NCBI GenBank assembly: GCA_043812495.1
Contig: JBDRMG010000053.1
Span: 1 to 33,716, forward strand
From: Candidatus Omnitrophota bacterium
Lineage (GTDB): Bacteria; Omnitrophota; Gorgyraeia; Zapsychrales; JBDRMG01
DNA: 33,716 bases
Direction: 5' to 3'
Below are positions 12,001 through 24,000 of the stretch, in pieces; position 1 is the first letter of the stretch; each line of letters opens with the position of its first letter. Position numbers and translations under genes: made by a program. The notes under the pieces are model-generated. The model worked only from the letters and a program-made list of their open reading frames with translations. It ran no database searches and was not told the DNA's origin.

Positions 12001-15000
12001 TTTTGTGATTATTATGTTTCGTATGTCTTATTAAGAAGAGAAGGCAAAAAAGAAGACATCATCAGAGGCTGGCAGGAATTTGCAGCCCAAAGAAACAAAA
12101 ATAGAGATCTAGTTGATCAGTACCAAAAGGCCAAATCAATCGGTAAGACAATCGAGAGGGTCTGGGGAGAAAAAGAAAAACAAACTCCTTTTATATACAT
12201 TGAGTTGCCTGAAGAAAGCATTGTTCCATCTATGTATTCTTTTGATCCCAACATTTTCTTGGGGATTGATAAAGAAAGCAAGATCAAAAAGAAGATTGAC
12301 CGCATGTTAACGCAGAATCCTGATACGGAGAGCGTCATCCTGATCGCTCCTCCAACGGTCTTCTCGCCCGCTTTCCATAAAAATCGATCTGCGGACGATG
12401 ATTTTGTTATTCACATTATGCAAGAAGTCAAGAAATTTAAGTTTGCCAAAGATGACAATATTCTCGATTCGGCCACGGGCACGGGTTATCTTCTCTGGGT
12501 GGCGTGGGTTATGGCTGGAAAAAGAAAAGACTTGAACTATTATGCCCTGGATATCAATCCTTTGGCCGCAGCCAGTGCCCTTATTAATTTGCAAGACATT
12601 GCTGGAATTCCTGTGCAAGTCAAAGCACATAACAATGTCATTTCCAAAGAAGGCACGCCTGCATTTACAGAGAAACACAAAGACAAGATTAAGCCGGTTG
12701 TCTTCCAATTCATTATTTCCAACAGCCCTTCGTATGAAAAGAAAGAATTGGATGAACCGCAAGACAATGCCATGCACATAAGGCTTGAGCAATATCATGA
12801 CGGCGGTCAGGCGGGACGGAACTATCTGTCGCGATTTGCCGAAGGCCTGCGCATCATTCAGGATTCAAAACGAGGATTGGCTGTTACTTGGAATGAAATC
12901 CCAGAATTAGGTCGCGATCCTGTAGGAGATATCCTCGCTCAAGCCGGATTGCATTATGAAAAAAACAAAGGCGGAATCTTCACTGACTATTGGAACCATC
13001 CGACGTGTCTCATCAGAAATCCGCGGCGAAAAGCGTTAGAAGTTATCCCCCAAGACGCTTCTGTCAAAGGCAAACCCAACGCAGAATTATCCATCTTCAT
13101 CTTTAGCCAAGAATTTATGATTCCGGCATTAATTATGCTAAGCGCTGCAGTATTTTTGTATATCAATAGCTCCTCAAAATCATCTTCAGAAGAAACAGTC
13201 AGATATTTTAGCACTGGCGAAGGCCAAGATCATAAAAACGCTTTTGAGAATATGCGCGAGGCCATAGAGCTTGCTCTATCGATAAAGGATAAAGACGACG
13301 TATTGAGCGGAATTGTCGAAATATTAACGTCCGCTGTTTATCATCGCAAAAGTAAACCTGTGGCCCAAACCATTGAATTCCTTATTGCTAATTTCCAGAT
13401 GCCCCCTCACTTAAAGTCCGAACTTTATCAGGCCTTATTATATGCATTTGAGTATTTCGATAATGAACACGCAGCTTGCGCGTTAGCCAATCTGATGACC
13501 CGTTTACCGACGCCTGGTGAACTAGATCCACTAAAGGTAAACGGTCTCCGGCTATTTAAATCGAAGGCTCATCAAGGAAATCGCCTTGCGGCCCAGACAT
13601 TAGCGGAATTAGCTCCTTATTTACTAAAACTCATGACTCATCCAATTCCTGATGATTTAAGAAAAGAGGCTGTTAACGCATTAATGAAATTGCCTCTTGG
13701 AATTAGCGGTCCAGAACTCAATTTGACTGAAGGAGATTATCCTCTTGTCAGAATAGAAGATGTATTAAGCAAGGTTGACTCCGGCCATCCTCGCCATGCC
13801 AGATTCATTTCACGGCATTTAGGCCTTTCAATGGAATTGGCTTATTCAAGGCAGCTAGTTTATGATCTAGACGATGATAATCTTTTAGTCTTCAAGATAT
13901 CCGACAAAAATGGGAGTCCTTTAAGTTTATTGCGGGAGGTGTTTTGGATGAAACATCTGAAAACACTTAAGCAAAATGGAGAATTCGAAGACGTAAGATT
14001 TGAGATACCTGAGCCTTTAGAGTTTTCAGATTCTCATGTTATTAAACTGCAAGATATTCCCATCGATGTTCCTCGCGGGCTAAAGCTTCATCCCAAACAG
14101 TACGCGATCTGCTTTGTGGTTCATAAAGACTATTTTAGATATCCCAATGAAACAGATCCTGAACTAAGACTTAATGAGGAGCAGGCCCTAGAGGTTTATC
14201 CTAGAAATGCTTTTCTCTTAGGCCGCCTTGCCTCTTTAGGTATCCTCACCACGGATGTTATTGCTTTATTTCACAGCAGGATGCAGGCCTATAAGACAGA
14301 TCGCGATGGTGGCATATACCATGTCTGGAAAAGAGGACGACAAGATCGCTGGCTATATTCTTGCGATTGTCCAAATTTTGGCGTAAGCGGCGGAAGAGAC
14401 TTTGAACACTACATATCGTGGCCGACAGATCAGCCGCCAGCAGGTTACATGAAAGGTCAATTAGGATTATGCCATCTTATGGAAATACACTTTTTAAGTC
14501 TGCTTGACGCAAGCGGTAGTTACTTTAGAAATAAGGATAGAACCAGAGTAGGTGTAGGTGAAAATTCCAGGCCCGTTGATGCTCGAGACTTATTCGATGG
14601 GGAGTTATTTAGGAAAATGGTTGAGAAGATCTTTCTGAATTATTATCGGGGTTTTACAAGAGAAGCTTGCGCAAATGAACTCCCCGTGAATTTTGATTTT
14701 CTTATCAAGCGAATGATTGATGAAATGGGCGTGGATAAATATATGACCGAAGTGTTAAGAAAAGATATCCAAAATCGGATGTCTGATGAAGAATTTAGAG
14801 AAGCACTTGTCCGTGGAGGTTTCTCTAAGGAGGAGGCATCTGCAAAAAGAAAAGGGGAGAGTCCTGTCGCGATTATGACCGGTCCGCACCTAGGTGAGTT
14901 TAATCAAGCAACTTCTCTTCCTGAGATGTTCGATGCCATAGAGGCTATGGTGGTCTTGTGCGTACAGGGTTTGTATAGAAAAGAAAACGATCCAAGTCAA

Positions 15001-18000
15001 CCTCATTCCGATTTTGTCGATAACTTACCCGTTGGATATTTCGTCTCTGGGAAACCGCAAGCCAATCCGAACCTCATAATCGAAAGAGAAGAAACACTTT
15101 ATAAGCGTTGGATTCAAGGAACCGCGTTAGAACAATTTGTAAGAAGTATAACAATTAAGCAGAATAGCGAATCAATTCTCGAAGGGACCTTGGTAACAGA
15201 TTCCTACGAGATTCCTTTTGAGATTCAGGTCCAAGACGGAATCCTCACCGGGCCGGCCGCGGCGATTGAAGATAACGAGGATCGCCGCGCATACTCCAAG
15301 GAACTTGTTCGCGTCATTCTCAAGTGGCTTAAAGACGAAGGATTCGTCCAAGGCCGGTTTTTTGTCAGCAATAAACATGCTGTTTCTTTTCTTGAGCAGA
15401 CATTGATGTTTTGGGCTGGCTCAGAAGAACAATCTTTTCGAACGGATACAAAGGGCGCGATTTATACGGTCATAACCTATGACCTTACAAAATTGGATCT
15501 TGATGCGCAATTAAGCGTCCGGGATACGTTACCAAACAGGAACGCATCAAGCGATTCAAATGATATAGGCGCGCTCTTCTGGGATGCAGCGTCTTTCTTA
15601 ATTTTTGTCTTGGCCATGATGATATTTATCGCATTGATTTCCAGGGTCATAAAAATCGCTTATCGCCGCTTTGTTATCCTTAGGGGCATTCAAAAAAGCT
15701 TCCCCGTTCTTTATCCCAAAGACATGATCGGTGCCGTTGAATCCGTCCAAAGAGTCAAAGACCCTTCTGTTTCCCGGCTTGACAAAGTCGGACACGCCCT
15801 TGCCCTGTACCAAATGTCCTATCGCCAGTTTAAAGTCGTGAGAGACGCCCTTTCCGGGCATATCCATCTCTTTGGTCTCATGACGCTTTCCGCGTACAGT
15901 CATTTCGGACATAACCAAAAGATCTTTGGAAAACTTATGCACGATGAGATTTTCCATCTAGTCGGAGGAGTTTATAATTTATTACCCTATAAGTTGACGA
16001 CTTTGGTTAAAGGCCCAAGCGGCATGTATCTCAATGAGAATTTCTACGGCATGCCTTACCTCTTCGACCCTTACTGCCGAAATAGGACCAGCGCTTTTGC
16101 CCGCAGAGAAAACGAACGCTTCAGGATCGATTTTAGAGCCGTTGCCGATATTGCGGCCGATCAAGGTTTCACGCTCACCTTTGAGATTGTTCGATACAAT
16201 GGGCACCAAGAAGATGCAAATGGTTCACCCATTCAGATCACAAGCGATGGCCGCTATGTGATCGTCTATTATCGCGTGTCCTCACCCTTAGAAGAAGCGA
16301 CTTATCGTGTCGCCTATCGCACGAAGGTCAATGAGCTTCAGGAAAGGCTCGATGGGACGCAAGAAGCAGACGAAAGACTTGCTCTCTACTTTCGGCTGGC
16401 CAGGCTCTATTTCGATCTAAAAAATTATAGTAAAGTCGTGGACTTGGTCGATAGGACAATCGCAGGACTGACGCGCGTGGATGCGTTTAGGCATGGGCCC
16501 TTAAAACGTAAAATGGTCGTCTACTATTCCTGTTTAAGAGAACTTTTCCAAGCTAAAGACTTTGACGAAGCAAAGACGTTGGATCATCTATCCGAGATCA
16601 GAGAATCATTTGCCTTTGAACTTGTTGCTTTTGAGACATCACCGCTGAAACCAGAAATCGAAAAAGCAATCAACACAATCGACCGGCTTACGGTCCTTGT
16701 CGAGAGTGGAGGAACAAAAACCATGGAACGACCCGCCGATCTTAGAGGTATGCTCAATAACGTTATCGCTGTCAGTAATCAGATATTTCATCAATCTCCA
16801 AGTCGGCAGGACCATAAACAAAGAATCAGTGAACTTTGCGCCTATATCAATACGATTGAACCAGGGACAGACGAATTTGAGCTTCTCAAGCATGTGCTTT
16901 GGAAGATGACAAATCTAGGCTTTATTGTGACGGACGATTTATTTGCGATGCAAAGAATCCTTAAGACAGTCCTTTTAAACAAACGACTGATGGCGTATCT
17001 CTATTCCCATTTGCGGGAGCTTGAGAAAAACGTAACCACAAGTGCGCAATTCCGGTCCTCTCTCAGGGCAGCCACAAAAGAAGCCGGGGCCCATCAGAGA
17101 CGCGCCGATGCTATTGAAGATTACTCCATTAGCGGTTTAGGCCGGGAAGCCGTGGAGAAAGAGATTAAAGACCTGAAGGGCGGCAAAGACTTGGAGGGCG
17201 CCATAGATTTTCTGATTAAAGACGGTCTTATTCTTGAGCCGGACCGTTATGCGCTACTCACCGAAGGTGTCGAAAGAAGCGATGTCAGGTTTGCCGCGAT
17301 TTACAGGGCTGTCGAGATTGCCGCAAAGAATCTCAACGTCAGCATAGACGTGGTGATAAAACTCTTGCGTATGCGCGGAGTGTATTTTGTCATGGCGCCC
17401 GACGGCTGGGGCATCGGCGAATCGATCGCGCTTTATCGCAATCAGCCCGTGATCATCATGGATAATAATCGCAACGAAAGGAACATTGCTCACGAAATCG
17501 AATCCGTGCTCACGGGTTTTGACCATCAAGCCATTCTTCTTATCGACCGGGGGCAAGTGAATAAAACGCTTCGGGAATTGATCGATCAAAGAATGGAGGA
17601 CGCGCTTTTAAGAGGCATTTTCCCTGAGATCCAGGATTACAACTCAAAAGGCAGCGAAGGCCTCATCGAGGCCGGGCCGGTGGATATCGATGCGCTGGTC
17701 AATCAAATCTTGTCCGTTTTACGCAAAAAACGAATAACACATGAAGGCACGAAAGAAGAGAAATTAATTTCTGAAATTATACGCTTTACCAAGAAAATTG
17801 AGCCCTGGTTTATTCGCTTCATTCGCGAAAAGATTCACCCAGGCAACCTGAGAATTTGCCGCAAGACCGCGTTTGCTTTGGCGCGCATCTTGTCAGATCA
17901 GTTTGGCCTGCCCATATTTGGTTATGATTCAATCAGACTGGAAGTTGTAAGTGGAATATTAACCAATCCAATCAATGGTCATTATTTTGTTTCACTCATT

Positions 18001-21000
18001 GTCGATAACAAAAAAGCTCTGTTTCTTGACGGATCCCGTTGGTTTGACGATGATTTCATTTTAATCCATGAGTACGATGATGCCATAAAGCAGCTTGATA
18101 TTTTTGAATGCTCTGAGGCCAATGTTAGTCAAACTGCTTCCGGCCACACGTTATTATTGGCTATGTTAGCCGCAGGATATCGAGAGAGAAAGAAATTGAT
18201 GGCAGGACAGCTTGAATTGGATAAAGAAACAAGCGATTTCGTTGATCGTATCCGACAAGAGTTTTCCAAACAGAAGTCCCGCCTTGGAATCATAGCATCG
18301 CCATTATCCATTCTCGGCCTTCTCGGCCTCTTCGCAGCGGCTTTGATCATCATCCCTCACGCCCTGGCCGCCGGCTTCTTGGGCCAGGTGTCGATGTTAG
18401 CGTTGGTACCGGTGTTGGGAAAGATAGGAGAAAACCTTGAATCCAATAGAAAGATGGAGAGGCTAGTTATAGGATTGATAGAAGCATTAAAATTTATCCG
18501 TTTAGATGAGAATGATATTGAAATTATGATTGCATTTTCTGGGGAAATTCACGCTGAGGATGCTGTCAACAAATTCTTAAAAGACCAGGATTTCAGAGAA
18601 GAAGTTCTTTCATCCATGGTTATCGCTTTACCGAATAATTTGCAAAAGTTGTGGGATACGAGTGAATCCCTTTCTTTAGAGAAACACCAACTTATGTTTG
18701 TCATTAATCGGGTTGCCCAGCGCTTGGGACAAACAACGATTAATATCGTAAGTCAAGAAGATAATATTCAACATCAGTTGAAAATTCCTCTTGATGTAGG
18801 CGTTGTAAGAAGATCTATTCGGTATTTTGCATTGACTTCTAGTTTGGATACAGCATTAAAAGATCTGCTACGTAGAACTTTTACGCAATCCACCGGTTTC
18901 GAATTTAGATTACGCAACCTTGCCTTGGATGAACGCGCAAAGGAATTTTTGACTGCATTTCTGCAAACCAGAGACGGTTCTCAAGCAAAAACCGGAGAGG
19001 CCTTTAGTTATTTGCTGAAATTGACAAAAGCGGGTCAGACGCCTAATTTTGAAGAGATCCTGAGACAAAGAAGAGAAAGGTTGCATCAAATAATAGAAGA
19101 AATCGAGGCCTATGAGAATATGATGGCCGGAACAAAAGAAGACGGTTCTTCCATTGATTATGAACGCGACGTGATTATGGGTGGCTTGCGGCCCCCTCTT
19201 GGCAATAGGGAAGATACTCTCAAAGAAATGAATGTAATTAATGACATTCTTGGGTTAGATGAGAATTCTGTCCCTGCTCTTTTTGACGAAAGAATATTCC
19301 ACATTGGAAGAATTCTTGCTCCGCGGCATAAGCGTATCCGAAGCATTTCTGATTATTTAGAGATGTATTTTCGCATCTATCCCATCGACAAGCACCAAGA
19401 GGAGATTTCCGAAATAGCCCTAGTTGTCCTGAATAAGCTCTATATGTTTCTCTCGGAATTTACGAAACTTCTTAGGGGATTGGAACAGATTCTTGATGAC
19501 GAGAAGGTTATCTTCCGGGAAGAAATTTTATTTTTACGTATACCTAAAATTATGGTCATGAAGGAAAAAATCATTGATGCGTATAAGGATGCACAAGAGC
19601 TGTTAAGCAGGCAAGAATATGCAAAAGCCATAAGATCCGCCTCAGCAATCTTTGCAAATGTCGATAGCGAATTATCTAATAATACATATCCCACGCTTAT
19701 TAATCGTCAGTTTACCTCTATCCTGGCTAAGAGTGCCCGCGATGAGAAAGTTCAAAGAGTCTTATCAAGACTCAACGAAATCGATTTTGACAATGCTCGC
19801 TTAAACGCTTTTATGGTTGGTGTCACTACGGAGGGGGCTGCTTATTCATTGTTGAAATATCCCTATATACGTAGCTCGGATAATGTCATTGGCTTCGGAA
19901 TGGAAATTGACCCTTGGGAATCTATCAAGCAGGCTTTTTTGATTTATGAGAATATTGATATTTCTGGTATTGAGCGAGAGTGTCCCAGAGAACCTCTTAC
20001 AACTAATATTCTTGTTTTCGGCTCACGGGTAGATTTGCTTATTACCGAACTTCTCAAAAATGCCATTGTATATGCAAAATTTAATGAAAATACGCGTTCC
20101 TTGACCGGAAAGATTCGCGAAGACCATAGAGAGACAAAAGAAGGATTTCTTTATACAATTGAAGACAACAACAATGGTATCCTCCCGAGAAATTTAGAGA
20201 AAATCTTCTATGTTTGTGAATCAACTAGGGGGGATCTTTATAAGAAATTTGCAGGAGGAGGCGTTGGCCTTGCCGAAGTGAAAAACATCGTGGATATGCA
20301 CAATGGAAGCATCCAGGTTATAAGTAGAGTCCGTGGCGAAATGGCGTATGAGATTAACTATAATAACGGAAAGTTTTCAAAGGTCAAATCCGTAAATCAG
20401 AAAAACGAACAAGCACATTTAAGGTATCCAACCGGCACCAAATTCATTATAACTCTACCTTATCCTATGATTTATGTTAATCTTGTTGCTCCACCTTTTG
20501 AGGAAAGGGGGGAGAATAATGAATTACCGCTTACAAAGCTCGACTTTAGTGTCAATAAAGACAAAGAAAACTTATCGCAGAGTGGATACCTTGAATTATT
20601 TACAGGTGCCGTTGATTCTTCTCTTGCGATGGGATTGGCGGCGGCTGCGGTGCTGGCAGTAGTCACGGCCACAGGGTTGATTTTAAGAAAGAACGAAAAA
20701 GTGAATGGGGCGAGGGCGCCGGGAGTCAGTCAATTTATAAGTAATCAAATTAAGCCGCTGTGGCCAAAAGTCAGAAATGCGCTTGCTCGACCTCTTACCG
20801 TGGCTGGTGGAAGAGCAAGTTTGGCCACAGCGGCTTTTGTATTATCCGTGGTCCCGACGCTCCGACGTTCCGTCGAAGATCCGGATCCCGTCTTCCACAA
20901 TTCAATATCAGAAAATTTCTGGACTGCTCCGATACCACGAAATAATGAAAAGAATGTCGGGGGTCGGAGTCCCGACCGACAACGAAGTTGGAGCGTCGGA

Positions 21001-24000
21001 AGTGGGGCATCACGATTGCTTCCTAGCGGGATTTTTGCCTCCAATCAGCTTCAATTAAATAGGACAAAGTCGATTATATCGTTCCAGCACAGCCAAGCTC
21101 ACGCCTTCTTCCTTCCTTTACTTTCTCTTATGAACAGTGAAACCACCACAGGATGGCTTATGCCCATAGTGACTACTTTGGTCGTTATTTTCATTGTCGA
21201 GAAAATATTTAGGCTCAAAGCACGAAAGATACTTAATGCGTCGGAGTTAACCGAAGAGCAGATTCCTCAACAACTGGCGAAATGGCATTTTATTGCCGCG
21301 TTTTCTCTCGCACTTCTGGGAACTCTCAGCCTCAACTTAGAGATGCTATGGAACGCGCTCGCAAATACCCAAACCGCTGAACCGTTAAGCTTGATTATAA
21401 ATATACTCCTCATTTTCACGGCGATGTTTATTATATCTCTGTTTATGTTCAGAGGAGCTATACGCAGAGAAGTAGAAGCTTCACGAAAGGAAAAGGAACA
21501 AGAGACGGATGGTAGTAGTGAGACCCTCAAGCCGGAAGACCTCGTCGAATTCGCCGCAGAACATGGCTTCATCAAAATGCTGGCTGAAATTGACGGGAAA
21601 ACGCCGCAACAGATAGCATCTCTCTTTGTCTCTTTCAACGAAGTGAATTCGCCCGGATTCAACCTTATAAAAATGCCGCTGCGCTCAATGGTATTATTTA
21701 TCAACAACAACCCATCTCTTTGTGAAAGAGTTTCCAAAATGAAAGTCACCCGGCGGCATGGAAAGATGAACCGTGTGGAATTCCTTTTTAACCCTGCCCA
21801 AGGTCCCTATGCGCACCTTAGCATAGAGAGAAACGGAGATTCTTCCCAATGGTCCTGGTCTTATCGATTGGGACGCAAATTCACATTGTTCTGCTTTGTG
21901 GGAATACGGCGAATTATTAGCATCGTAAGGGTGGAGAGAATGTTGACAGAAGAAGATTATCTGTTGTCCGAGGGCGGCCTAAAACCAACGCCGCAAGACA
22001 GCTCCGACACGGCCGGTTCCTCAAGCCAATCATCCGAGCTGCTTTCAATCTTCCATGGGCCTCATTTTGTTTCTCTCCTAAGCGGAATTATTTTGATCAT
22101 CCTAACCGGACTACTTTTAAGATACGCAAAGCAGGTGCGGGCAGAGGATATCAAGTGTCAAGTTTCAAGTGTCACGTGTCAAGGCAATCCCTATCCCCTC
22201 AACGCTGAATTTAAAGATCCTCAAAGACAGAAGGTACAAGATACAAGAAATCCGTCAAATTCTTCGAATTTGACGAGACCTCGGCAATTTGTTGGAAACA
22301 AATTGCCGGGCAAGCTCCAAACAATACTCAAGAATCAAATTTCAATATTCAAACGTTTGGGATTTGGAAATTGGAATTTGGATATTGTTTGGAATTTGTT
22401 ACTTGGTGCTTGGAAATTCAAATCTCCTTTGTCCCCAATACCTCAATCTCCCAATTTCCTAGTCCCGGGTCGCCCCATCGCCGGATCACCCCATCAAACT
22501 CGCTCTACGCTATCCGCTATCCTTGAGCGTTTAGCGTTTAGCGTAGAGCGTAGAGTTGATAAAGACCTATACGCTAACCGCTATACGCTATCCGCTATTC
22601 CTCTTACCTCCGCGGCCCTCATCCGTCTTCGCCCCGCCTTCGGCGGGGCTACGCCGGATTTCACCCAACAGACTATGAAGACGGATGAACCCGGTGAAGC
22701 TAAACGTGAAGTCCCGCCGTCTTTTGGCGGGATGAAACAATTTAGCGAAGACGGGTCATATCCAGGCACCACGCCTGCGTGCCGTAATGTCGCACTTCGG
22801 CGTGCAGGCATGGGCTTTAACCAGTGGGGCTTCATCTCCCTCGCTGCCGCGACGGTCCTCTTCTTTATCATGCCTCATAGTACGGCGCTAACTTCTGACG
22901 CATTTCTTTTAGGTAAGATTCAGAATGTACCGGTAGACAATCTTTCTCTTTTAGGGCGGACAGGGAAAAACCTAAAGCAGCTTGATGAATTCTTCCACGG
23001 TGAGATTGGCGTTGCGGATCAAAGACCGCAAGGTACCCTTGGCGAGGATTTTGTGGTTGGGAATAGACAAAACGCTACACATACCTTCCTTTTCCATGAT
23101 GATATGAGAGCCGTAACGCGCGATAATCCATCCGTCCTTACGAAAGGCCTTGACAGCCTCTTGGCCAGAAATATCAGAAGGAATCTTGGGCATTTATATC
23201 GAAACCTCATAAAGAAGTTCTTCTTTATGCTTGGCTTTTTCTCTTTCAGCGCGCCTATTGAGCACCTCAAGACAGCCTCTCATCGCGTCCTTGATGTTTT
23301 CCTTAACTTCCTTAAGAGTTCGTCCTTGACTAACGCAGCCAGGAATGGCGGGACATTCAGCAACGTACCAACCGTCCTCGTCTTGCTTTATGATAGTCTT
23401 ATATTTCATCTTGCGCTACCTCCTTATTTTCACTTCGCACTCAAAGATAGCACGAACGCACATGTAAGTCAAGCCATAGTCGCGCCATTAGGCGCAATGA
23501 GTGAAAACACAATCATCGACAGTCATCTATTGGCCTTTGCCCTTTTGACAGGGGTCATCTTCCTTGCGCTTGTGGCGGCGCTTTTAAGATACAGTAAGCA
23601 GATTCGGGCACAGAATGGCATTGACCATCAGACATTGGTCACAAGTTCCGCCACAAACTGTGGCGAGACCTCGCCGCTTTACGGCGGGCACAGGGCACAA
23701 GTCACAAGTAGAACCCTAACCTCTAACCCCCATTTCCTAATCTCTAAAATAACAAACCCGCATTGGATTCATTGGATTAGAGGATATCCGGGGATCCGGG
23801 GATCCGGGACTAGGATATCAGGATATCAGGAGATTGGGGACGTAAATGATTTGTCCCCGATTTCCCAATCGCCGGATTCCCTAGTCCCGAGTCACCCGAT
23901 CTCCAAATCACCTCACCAAACTCGCTCTACGCTATCCGCTAAACGCTATACGCTCATAACCTCCGCGGCCCTCGTCCTCATCGCTGCCGCGGCCATTTTT

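Noticed and set aside
20745..21058. Four overlapping short ORFs on both strands
   Set aside because: By-product of GC-rich palindromic DNA, with no protein motifs.
21030..21100. Possible fifth antisense promoter/SD (TATAAT at 21078-21073, GGAGG near 21040)
   Set aside because: No -35 at proper spacing and no credible downstream gene; at most a relic.
23019..23270. 83-aa minus ORF overlapping hicA/hicB
   Set aside because: Alternative frame of two well-supported genes.
22150..23975. CRISPR array
   Set aside because: No constant-length repeats with unique spacers and no cas genes; units are degenerate 7-8-mers and hairpins.
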